Shown here: positions 24,163 through 31,785 of the stretch, piece after piece | Numbering within the stretch: position 1 is the stretch's first letter | Layout: each line of letters begins with the position of its first letter | Assembly (NCBI GenBank): GCA_036396495.1 | Contig: DASWKS010000006.1 | Span: forward strand, 1-33,978 | Source of the DNA: Gemmatimonadales bacterium | Lineage (GTDB): Bacteria > Gemmatimonadota > Gemmatimonadetes > Gemmatimonadales > GWC2-71-9 | Length of the DNA stretch: 33,978 nt | Direction of reading: 5' to 3' | Notes under the pieces: generated by a model | The model's input: only the letters and a program-made list of their open reading frames with translations | Told to the model about the DNA's origin: nothing | Database searches by the model: none | Program-made: the position numbers and the translations under genes

Positions 24163-25012
24163 TCAGCCCTTCAGAAAAGTCAGCAGGTCAGCGTTGAGCT
24201 GGTCCTTGTGCGTGTCGGTGAGTCCGTGCGGCGCGCCGGGGTAGACCTTGAGGGTCGAGTTCCTGACCAGCTTCGCCGAGGCCAGCGCCGCGGTGCCGAT
24301 CGGCACGACCTGGTCGTCATCGCCGTGCAGGATCAGGGTCGGCACGTCGAACTTCCTGAGGTCCTCGGTGAAGTCCGTCTCCGAGAAGGCCTTGATGCAA
24401 TCGTACGCGTTCTTGTGTCCGGTCTGCATTCCCTGCAGCCAGAACGCGTCCTGCATCCCCTGGGACACTCTCGAGCCGGGCCGGTTGGCACCGAAGAACG
24501 GGCCCGCGGCCAGATCCTGATAGAGCTGCGAGCGGTCCGCGATGGAGCCGGCCGGAAGGCTGTCGAAGACCTCGATCGGAACTCCCCCGGGATTCGCCGC
24601 CGTCTTGAGCATCAGCGGCGGAACCGCGGAGATCAACCCGGCTTTGGCCAGACGCCCGGTGCCGTGACGGCCGATATAGCGCCCACCTCACCACCGCCGG
24701 TCGAGAAACCGATCAGGGCGAGGTCTCTCAGGTCCAGCGTTTCGATGAGCGTGGCGAGGTCGTCGGCATAGGTATCCATCTCGTTGCCGTTCCACGACTG
24801 GGTCGACCGGCCGTGCCCCCGGCGGTCATGGGCGATGCAGCGATAACCCCGGACGGCCAGGAACACCATCTGGGACTCCCAGCTGTCGGCGTTGAGCGGC
24901 CGCCGTGGCTGAATACGACCGGCTGTCCGGTGCCCCAGTCCTTGTAATAGATCTCGGTGCCGTCCCGCGTGGTGACGGTGCTCGGGGCGTGGTGTTCGGT
25001 CGCAGTGGTCAT
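24163..25012 (-). pseudogene. Non-heme chloroperoxidase / arylesterase-type alpha/beta hydrolase split by two small frameshifts
   Basis: Three consecutive frames together give an almost complete enzyme:
- [37 protein letters not shown] (ATG at 25012, SD AGGAGA);
- then ...[62 protein letters not shown];
- then ...[23 protein letters not shown]...[39 protein letters not shown]...[24 protein letters not shown].
The frame changes lie near 24896-24903 (expected GWPLN reads as GGRS) and near 24680-24685 (expected [11 protein letters not shown]). Confidence 0.85.
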
Positions 25013-25169
25013 GGCTGGTTCTCCTGATGTGGTACAGGGGTCCGCTCCGGTCTCACCCACAATAAGTCTGGGCACCGTACCCCGGCATCGGCCAGTGGAA
25101 TACTCTTTTCCTACTCCTTTCGGTAGCGGGGACGGGTGAATCGCGCAAGCAATCAAGCTTGATAGGGTG

Positions 25170-25555
25170 TCATTCGCGGAGCAGCCGACCCATGACGTGC
25201 CGGCGGAGCCCGCCCGACCGAGCTCCGGGAAGCCCGCTGCCCGAAACACCTCGAGGAAACCCATGAACCGGTAGCTGCGGGAATCGGGAGCGACCGGATA
25301 GGCCTCGAGGACCGTCGCGCCGCACCGCTTCGCATGGGTCGCCGCCGCGGCAATGAGCTGCTCGGTCAGACCGTGCCGCCGGAGCTCCCGGCGGACATAG
25401 AAGCAAACGATCGACCAGACCTTCGACCGATCTTTCCTCCGCAGTAGCGCGCCACACCATGCACCAACAGGCCTTGGGACCGCCGCGACTCTCAAAAAGC
25501 GCCTCGAGATCCGTCCAGCGGTGCTGGTCAGCCTCGTGAAAGGTCACCCGGCTCA
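25170..25555 (-). pseudogene. GNAT-family acetyltransferase with an internal deletion and frameshifts
   Basis: One frame (GTG 25555) gives [42 protein letters not shown] second frame gives [52 protein letters not shown]...[13 protein letters not shown]. The likely C-terminus [12 protein letters not shown] (stop 25172-25170) is back in the first frame. The roughly 50 aa normally found between the CWCMxWR block and the W-x-I-x-CF-x-V block are absent. Confidence 0.62.
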
Positions 25556-25624
25556 CGTCGCCGACAGCTGGGAAGTCCGTATCTGGCGGAGGGCGCTTCT
25601 TGGACGGATTGCCGGAAGGATTCC

Positions 25625-26062
25625 TCAACGCGCCGGAGCGCTCGGCAGCCCGTATCCGCCGATCGGGACCGTTTCCACCCGGTTGCTGAACCCGGCGATC
25701 ATCGGGCGCCCCTTGGCAATGGCGGCCTGCACTCCCGGCAACTGGAGCGAGGCCTGATGATTTGCCTGGCTGTCCCACACTTCAGTGATCCAGAGCCCAT
25801 CGGAGTCCGACGGATCAGTGGCGATGATGTAGCTCAGACAACCGGGCATCGCCTGGGTGCCCTGGAGCAGGATCGCCGCCAATGCATCGCGCTGGCCTGC
25901 CGTCGCAGTCATCTTCCCGATCAGTCCGTACATCGCCCCTCCCGGCGTGGTCATGGTCGGGCCTGCCCACGGAAGGGAGAGCGGGGCGACCGCCACCGCA
26001 CCAGCCAGGGCCAGAAACTCCCGTCGTTGCAGAGTCACCCCGAAGATTAGTGTGGCAGCCAA
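25625..26062 (-). CDS. ABM (antibiotic-biosynthesis-monooxygenase-like) domain protein with a twin-arginine signal
   Basis: 145 aa with a TTG start at 26062 or GTG at 26038. The Tat-like signal is QRREFLALAGAVAVAPLSLPWA. The mature part (MYGLIGKMTATAGQRDALAAILLQGTQAMPGCLSYIIATDPSDSDGLWITEVWDSQANHQASL) has an ABM ferredoxin-like fold pattern. Confidence 0.62.
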   Translation of the reverse strand: MAATLIFGVTLQRREFLALAGAVAVAPLSLPWAGPTMTTPGGAMYGLIGKMTATAGQRDALAAILLQGTQAMPGCLSYIIATDPSDSDGLWITEVWDSQANHQASLQLPGVQAAIAKGRPMIAGFSNRVETVPIGGYGLPSAPAR

Positions 26063-26087
26063 ATGGCCGGCAAAGGCCCATCGTCGG

Positions 26088-26582
26088 TCAGCCAGGTCTC
26101 GGCACCGGGGCCGAGGAATGGCCGGCCCGAATGCGCCAACCGGCCGACTCGTGGACCCAGAGCAAGGTCACTGCCCCGCCGAAGCTGAACCGGGCGCCGG
26201 TGGTATCGACAAAGCTGGTCTCGAACAAGGTCGTGAGGACCGCGACCCCCGGGGCCACGGCGTCGATCTCCGAATCCCGGTAGCTGGTCTCGATCCGGGT
26301 GCCGGCCGGCATCCGTGACAGCGCCCTGCGGACCTCGGTTGCGGACCGGTATTGCACCGCCCCGCTTTCGGCGAAGCGAAACCCGGGCGCCGTCGAATAG
26401 AACGCACCCAGAGAATCCCAATGGGCCCGGGCCGACAACTCCCGGAACCGCGTCTGTGCCTGGGTGACGCTATCGCGGATCGCAGCGGCATGCGCCTCCG
26501 AAAGTGCTGTTGGAGCCGGCGCGCACGCCAGGCTGAGCACGAGACTCGCGACACCGGCGTACAGGGGAAACCACGATCTCAT
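26088..26582 (-). CDS. SnoaL-like/DUF4440 (NTF2-fold) lipoprotein
   Basis: Internal ATG at 26582 preceded by GGAGG. The signal is MRSWFPLYAGVASLVLSLAC (lipobox). The C-terminal LLWVHESAGWRIRAGHSS is typical of DUF4440. Confidence 0.62.
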   Translation of the reverse strand: MRSWFPLYAGVASLVLSLACAPAPTALSEAHAAAIRDSVTQAQTRFRELSARAHWDSLGAFYSTAPGFRFAESGAVQYRSATEVRRALSRMPAGTRIETSYRDSEIDAVAPGVAVLTTLFETSFVDTTGARFSFGGAVTLLWVHESAGWRIRAGHSSAPVPRPG

Positions 26583-26687
26583 GAGCACCTCCGGAGACGG
26601 CACTGTTCGATCAGACGAAGTCTCCTTCGGGGAATGCCGGGCGAGCTCCGCCGGCGGATGGCGCCGCAGATCCTCTCGCGCGGTCTG

Positions 26688-26990
26688 CTAGGCCGGGGAC
26701 CAGTCCGGAGGCATCTCCCCGGCCTCGAGCGGCATGCCCCGGGCGATGACCGTGACCGGAATAGGAAGCGTGTCCCGGGCCCGCTGCAACTCCTCGAAGA
26801 TCCGCTCCACGTCGAACCCTTCCGGGCTCAGCGACCGCATTCCGCCCCGGCGGTCCGCTGCGCGGGGGTCAGCAGCGGATCGATCTGCTCGCACTCCCGC
26901 TCATGGACAGCGTCCACCAGGATGAGGCCTACCACCTCGGCTGAATGAGCCGCCGCGTGCAACCGGACGAAGGGCCCTGGCAGCGACTGG
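26688..26990 (-). pseudogene. Heavily eroded alpha/beta-hydrolase remnant
   Basis: By hand translation one frame gives ...LPGPFVRLHAAAHSAEVVGLILVDAVHERECEQIDPLLTPAQR...*. The next (track ORF 26688-26894) gives ...SLSPEGFDVERIFEELQRARDTLPIPVTVIARGMPLEAGE. The P-x-VVGLILVD block and a C-terminal IPV-x-VI block of alpha/beta hydrolases are present, but the G-x-S-x-G elbow that should precede them is missing. Confidence 0.42.
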
Positions 26991-27434
26991 TCTGGACCAG
27001 GCCGTACTCCCGCTGAGGGAGCTTCCGCCGGGCGGTGACTGGCTCCGTGCTCCGATCCCGAGCCGGCCCTGGATGTACCGGTCAGTCCGGGTCACGTGGC
27101 CGGATCACCCGGATGCGATCCTGTTCATTCGGACTACTACCCCGAGAACCAGCATACCTGAGGGCCGGTGAGTTCGCCGCGGTTCAGCGGCGGAGCTGAA
27201 GGACCCGCCGAGTCAGATTCCCCCACCGAAGTTTGACAACGTCCTCCGGCACATCACCAGCCATGCTGAGCATTGTCTCGGGCGCCAAAAGCGACCGCAC
27301 TTGTATTGGGTGGCGGAGTCGTGCTTAAAGGAGAGAAGGTCCTTCAGTGGTACCGATTCACTTGGAAACCGGGAATCGCTCGAACACCACGGAAAGAACA
27401 GCATGGCTCTCTCGCAGTTCCGCTGGGAACCCTT

Positions 27435-27966
27435 TCACATCCACCAACGGGAATACGACCGGGTACGCAGTCCGTTCCTGATTCCGCCACAGAGGTAGAC
27501 GGTGAGCCGCGTTAGGGCGATGTCATAGTTGAATGCGTGCGCCGCTGAGGCGCGCGCCGCCTGCCGCGCGGTCTCATAGGTACGGTCCCGGGCCTTCTCG
27601 ATTCGGCCCAGCTCCGCCCTGAGGGTCTGGACTATCGCGTCCGGTCGCGCCTGAGGATGTCGACTGGCGGCCCGCGCAAGAAGTCGTTCGATGTAAGCTG
27701 TCAAGCGATCGACGCGAGATGCTCCTCGTCGAGGCTCCACTCCTCGATTTCGCTTCGCGATGGGAAGGAGCTTTGAGCCAAGGGACCCACGACTCATCAT
27801 AGCCGAGCAGGTACTTCTTGAGGTCGTCAGGCTGTCCGAGCAGGAGCTCCCACGAGATCACACCGGGTCGCTTCAACAGACCTCTCTTTCGACCCCTACC
27901 AGATCCGACTGATGACCGCAGCTGAGCCGTACCCATGACTCCCGCTCTGCGGATAGGTGAAGGCAC
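27435..27966 (-). pseudogene. Multi-frame debris of an unidentified gene in a lower-GC patch
   Basis: Coding-looking segments occur in all three minus frames in succession: RPGVISWELLLGQPDDLKKYLLGYDESWVPWLKAP; then SRSEIEEWSLDEEHLASIA*; then VDRLTAYIERLLARAASRHPQARPDAIVQTLRAELGRIEKARDRTYETARQAARASAAHAFNYDIALTRLTVYL. I recognise no family. GC is visibly lower than in the flanks. Confidence 0.3.
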
Positions 27967-28114
27967 GGTCAGGCAGCTTCCGTGTCGAGAGCTGGGACCG
28001 ATCGGCGTGCCGGCTTAATGCACGGCAAACCAGTAAGGCATCGAGACGAGTTCGGCGATTACCGCCGGTGCCGCCCGGTGCCTTGGCACCTGACGCGACG
28101 AGCCGTGTCTTGCT

Positions 28115-28157
28115 CCCCTATCAAGGTTGATAGGGGATACCCTATCAACCTTGATAG
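28115..28157. repeat. 43-bp nested palindrome: CCCCTATCAAGGTTGATAGGGG-ATA-CCCTATCAACCTTGATAG
   Basis: Read directly. The left unit has 10-bp arms (CCCCTATCAA / TTGATAGGGG) around GG. The right unit has the arms CTATCAA / TTGATAG around CC. In addition, CTATCAAGGTTGATAGGG is the exact reverse complement of CCCTATCAACCTTGATAG, so the whole is an 18-bp perfect inverted repeat with a 4-nt spacer. It lies about 270 bp upstream of the LuxR-family gene. Confidence 0.85.
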
Positions 28158-28373
28158 CTTGCGCGATTCGGCCCCTCTCAACATTCATTGGTGGCATCAT
28201 CCGGCGCGAAATGCCCGGCGAACTAGCCGATGCCAACTATGCCGCAGGGGGGCCAGGAGGGGCGGTCGGCCGCCGGCGTCGTGGTGATGCTACACCCCGA
28301 TGCCGACCTCACTACCCCCGCAGGCGGTGGCAACATCATCCTGGCCACCCGGCCAGTTGTTTATATTGCAGTT

Positions 28374-28384
28374 GGATTCGAACC
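28374..28384 (-). other. tRNA T-arm-like 11-mer (GGTTCGAATCC on the minus strand) without a foldable tRNA; possible att/tRNA scar
   Basis: GGATTCGAACC on the plus strand is the reverse complement of the canonical T-stem/loop core. I could not build acceptor, anticodon or full T stems from the flanking bases. It sits next to the AT-rich TTGTTTATATTGCAG and at the boundary between the decayed region and the LuxR/CIS locus. Confidence 0.25.
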
Positions 28385-28424
28385 CTCGCCATGCATGCGT
28401 GGCCAGCGCCTCGAGGCGGTTTGA

Positions 28425-29096
28425 GTGCCTGTTTTCCGAGTTCTGATCACTGCAGCTGTTCGACTATATCGCGAAGGGTTGGCCCAATACCTCGGTCAGG
28501 CCAACTGCTTTGATGTCGTACGCACAGCCGCCGACGTGGGAGAGACACTGACCGCGGTCAGAGAGCTTCGGCCCGACGTCGTTCTCCTGGACATGACCAC
28601 GCCGGGCAGCCACGCCGCAATCCCCGACATCACCGCGCAGTCTCCCGCCACACGCGTTGTCGCGCTGGGCGTCGGGGATTCCGACGGTGACGTGCTGGCT
28701 TGCGCCGAAGCTGGGATTTCGGGCTACGTGTCGCGTGACGGCTCGCTCGACGACCTCGTGACCGCCATCGAGTGCACCGCGCGGGGGGAGTTACCCTGCA
28801 CGCCGCGGGTTGCAGGCACGCTACTGCGACGCGTGGCGGCGCTGGCGGCTGATGCCGCGCCGACCCCGCCGGTCACGGCACTGACCGTCCGCGAACGCGA
28901 AATCGCCCGGCTGGTCGAAGACGGTCTGTCCAACAAGCAGATTGCGGGCCGACTGGGCATCGAGGTCGCCACCGTCAAGAACCACGTTCACAACCTGCTG
29001 GAGAAGCTGCAGGTGCACCGCCGCGGGGAAGCCGTGGCCCGGTTACGACGGCGCGACGGCCTGCGACCGGCCCCCACCGGAGCGGTTTCAGCCTAG
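28425..29096 (+). CDS. LuxR/FixJ (NarL)-family response-regulator-like transcription factor with a degenerate receiver domain
   Basis: 223 aa with a GTG start after GAGGCGG. The C-terminal HTH is LTVREREIARLVEDGLSNKQIAGRLGIEVATVKNHVHNLLEKLQV. The N-terminal receiver fold is recognisable, but the acidic pair is replaced (RVLITAAV instead of ..DD..), the conserved Thr/Ser position reads VALGVG, and the conserved Lys reads YVSRD. The phospho-acceptor-position Asp (VVLLDM) is retained. Confidence 0.85.
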   Translation: MPVFRVLITAAVRLYREGLAQYLGQANCFDVVRTAADVGETLTAVRELRPDVVLLDMTTPGSHAAIPDITAQSPATRVVALGVGDSDGDVLACAEAGISGYVSRDGSLDDLVTAIECTARGELPCTPRVAGTLLRRVAALAADAAPTPPVTALTVREREIARLVEDGLSNKQIAGRLGIEVATVKNHVHNLLEKLQVHRRGEAVARLRRRDGLRPAPTGAVSA

Positions 29097-29415
29097 CATA
29101 CCCATCCTCCCGCGCCGAAGGTCTGGATCCCAGCCTAGTGCTTTTCTGAATCCAAAGGTCCATCCCATGTCTTGCCGAGCGAGCCGCAGGCATGGATGCA
29201 GTGTGGTTTCGAGGCCTCTCGTCACTGGGTTGCCTGAAGCTCTTCCTGCCGAAGGTCAGGCGTCTCTTTCCGAAGATCCGGACTCGGTTGTGGATTCTAT
29301 TTGAGCCGGTCGGTCTATTCCTGCCCTTCCTGAACGATCGTCAGATTTACTCCGGTGACCGACGCATAGCGCTCCCCTGAGAAAGAACCGAGCTGTTCTG
29401 ATCTCCACCGGCGGC

Positions 29416-29730
29416 GTGCTGGGTCAGATCGTCCGCGCGGCGTTGGAACAGGACCCGGAGCTGGAACTGCTTCCCGCCAGCTCGTCTCCTCTCACCCCGG
29501 TGACGGACCAACCTGGAGTCGATCTCTTGATCCTGGTGATGCCGGGTCGCCATGCGGTGTCGGAGTGTCGCGAGCTGCTCAGCCGGTTTCCCGACCTCCG
29601 ACTGCTCGCTGTGCTGGAGGACGGGCGAGGGGACGCGAGTCTCTACGAACTCCACCCGAGAGAAACCAGGCTCGGCGCGCTCTCGCCACCGGAGGTGGCT
29701 CAGCGGATTCGAGAAGCATTCCAAAACTAA
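29416..29730 (+). CDS. Stand-alone receiver-like (pseudo-receiver) protein immediately upstream of the sheath gene; true start probably upstream of 29416
   Basis: 104-aa track ORF from the GTG at 29416. The same frame is open from 29359 and reads PLRKNRAVLISTGGVLGQIVRAALEQDPELELL...GVDLLILVMPG...FPDLRLLAVLEDG. This is a beta-alpha pattern like CheY, but with TG in place of the acidic pair and Val at the phospho-Asp position. It ends 27 nt before the sheath start. Confidence 0.5.
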   Translation: MLGQIVRAALEQDPELELLPASSSPLTPVTDQPGVDLLILVMPGRHAVSECRELLSRFPDLRLLAVLEDGRGDASLYELHPRETRLGALSPPEVAQRIREAFQN

Positions 29731-29757
29731 GAGGCAGTTCTCGTAAGGAGGAACGCC

Positions 29758-31770
29758 GTGCCAGTCGCGCCCACCTACCCTGGCGTGTACATCGAAGAAG
29801 TGCCGAGCGGAGTCCGCACGATCACCGGAGTGGCGACCTCGATCGCCGCTTTCATCGATCGGTTCCAGCGGGGGCCTGTCGATGAGGCCGTCCGAGTCTT
29901 GAGCATGGCGGATTTCGAGCGCGAGTTCGGCGGGCTGGACGCCGCCAGCGAGGCGAGTTACGCCATTCAGCAATTCTTCGTCAACGGCGGCAGCGAGGCG
30001 GTCGTGGTTCGGGTCGGCGCCAGACCCCCCGGCACAGCCCCCGTGGCTGCCAGCCTGGTGCTGCTCGGCGGGGCGGCTCAGGTGTTTCGGGTTAGAGCCG
30101 GCCAGCGGATCCGAGGGCTCCCGGTCGATAACCCCGGTCGGTGGGGCAACGGTCTCCGGGTGGAGGTGGACTATGACACCGTAACCCTTCCTAACGCCGG
30201 CATCGACCCCGACAACCTGCTCACGCCGGGGGAGTTGTTCAACCTCACCGTGTCGGAGGTCGAGCTGCGGAACGGGCGGATGACCGTGCTGCGGAGCGAG
30301 ACCTACCGGAACCTTACCATGCGGGCCGGAGCGCGTACCAACGCGCTTGATGTGGTCAACGCGGGCTCCCGCCTGATCCAACTCGACCGCACCGGTCTGC
30401 TTCCCGCCGCCGTGCCGACCCCTCCCTTCCGGCCCGATCCCACTGGCACGGTGGGGATAGCCCCTCCGGGCGGAGTACCGGCGAGCGGCTCGAACTTTTC
30501 GATCACGGTGGATCCGGACGGTATCGGAGCCGCTGCCGCGGTCGCGATCCCTGCGGCGACGCTGGTGCACACCGGGGTGACGAGCTTCAGCGACCTCCGG
30601 CCGTCCCTCGAGGCCGCGATCCGCGAAGCGGCAAACGCGCCCGCCGCAACCGACGCCATCCGGCCGCTCCTAGCCGGAGCGACGGTGAAACTGGTGGGCG
30701 GAGCCTATCGGGTTTTGCTCGGTCTCGCCGGCGCCAATTTCGACCCGAGAGCCACGGTGACCTTCGGCGGGGCCACGGCGACCAGTCTCGGTCTCTCCGG
30801 CGCGGGCGTCTTCGTGGGCCCGCAAATGCTCGGTCCCACCATTGCGGGTACCGATGGCGGCGCGATGACCAGCGCCACCGACTTTCTGGGCACCCAACTC
30901 GCCAAAACCGGGATGTACGCGCTGGAGGATGTCGACCTCTTCAACATCCTCTGCATCCCCGCCGCGGCCGATCAGGGCGCGGTGGTGATGCGGGCGATCT
31001 ATAGCGAGGCCGAGACCTACTGCGAGAGCAAGCGCGCGTTTCTGATCGTCGACATCAGGGATACCGTCGACGATCCCGACGCGATGCAGACGTGGCTCAC
31101 TGACAACGCCACCCTCCGCCACCGCAACGCTGCGGTCTACTTCCCCCGGGTGCAGGTACCGGACCCTCTCAACCAGGGCCGGCTGCGCAGCCGGGCGGCG
31201 AGCGGGACGCTCGCTGGGCTCTACGCCCAGACCGATGTGGCCCGTGGCGTGTGGAAGGCTCCCGCGGGAACCGACGTGCGGCTTAGAAACGTGCAGGACC
31301 TCGACTACATCCTCACCGACCGGGAGAACGGCGTCCTGAATCCGCTGGGCGCCAACTGCCTCCGCAGCTTCCCGATCTTCGGCCCCATCGCCTGGGGCGC
31401 CCGCACCCTGGATGGGGCAGACCAGATCGCCTCGGAATGGAAGTACGTCCCGGTCCGGCGCTTTGCCCTCTTCCTGGAGGAGAGCCTCTACCGCGGCACC
31501 AAGTGGGTGGTCTTCGAGCCCAACGACGAGCCGCTCTGGGCTCAGATCCGGCTGAACATCGGCGCGTTCATGCAGAGCCTCTTCCGCCAGGGTGCCTTCC
31601 AGGGGATGACGCCGCGGGAGGCCTACTTCGTGAGATGCGACCGGGAGACCACCACCCAGACCGACATCAATCTGGGAATCGTGAACATCCTGGTGGGCTT
31701 CGCCCCGCTCAAGCCCGCGGAGTTCGTCATCATCCGAATCCAACAGATGGCCGGACAGATTCCGACCTGA
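29758..31770 (+). CDS. Contractile-tail/contractile-injection-system sheath protein
   Basis: 670 aa with a GTG start after AAGGAGG. The N-terminus PTYPGVYIEEVPSGVRTITGVATSIAAFIG-like and the C-terminal blocks are hallmark phage-tail-sheath family sequences (FNILCIPAAAD...KRAFLIVD...NAAVYFPRV...PASGTLAGLYAQTDVARGVWKAPAG...VNPLGANCLRSFPIFGPIAWGARTL...WKYVPVRRFALFLEESL...VFEPNDEPLWAQIR...FLQSLFRQGAFQG..PREAYFVRCD). Confidence 0.93.
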   Translation: MPVAPTYPGVYIEEVPSGVRTITGVATSIAAFIDRFQRGPVDEAVRVLSMADFEREFGGLDAASEASYAIQQFFVNGGSEAVVVRVGARPPGTAPVAASLVLLGGAAQVFRVRAGQRIRGLPVDNPGRWGNGLRVEVDYDTVTLPNAGIDPDNLLTPGELFNLTVSEVELRNGRMTVLRSETYRNLTMRAGARTNALDVVNAGSRLIQLDRTGLLPAAVPTPPFRPDPTGTVGIAPPGGVPASGSNFSITVDPDGIGAAAAVAIPAATLVHTGVTSFSDLRPSLEAAIREAANAPAATDAIRPLLAGATVKLVGGAYRVLLGLAGANFDPRATVTFGGATATSLGLSGAGVFVGPQMLGPTIAGTDGGAMTSATDFLGTQLAKTGMYALEDVDLFNILCIPAAADQGAVVMRAIYSEAETYCESKRAFLIVDIRDTVDDPDAMQTWLTDNATLRHRNAAVYFPRVQVPDPLNQGRLRSRAASGTLAGLYAQTDVARGVWKAPAGTDVRLRNVQDLDYILTDRENGVLNPLGANCLRSFPIFGPIAWGARTLDGADQIASEWKYVPVRRFALFLEESLYRGTKWVVFEPNDEPLWAQIRLNIGAFMQSLFRQGAFQGMTPREAYFVRCDRETTTQTDINLGIVNILVGFAPLKPAEFVIIRIQQMAGQIPT

Positions 31771-31785
31771 TCAGGAGGAGACTCG

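Noticed and set aside
28084-28089. TGGCAC resembling a sigma54 -24 element.
   Set aside because: The expected -12 TTGC is absent at the correct spacing (CTGAC GCGAC follows). The hexamer is part of the GGTGCC/GGCACC palindrome.
28355-28425. Possible tRNA gene on the minus strand, suggested by GGTTCGAATCC.
   Set aside because: I could not form a 7-bp acceptor stem, a 5-bp T stem (only about 2-3 bp pair) or a canonical anticodon arm (at best 4 bp with an 8-nt loop). It is kept only as a possible scar.
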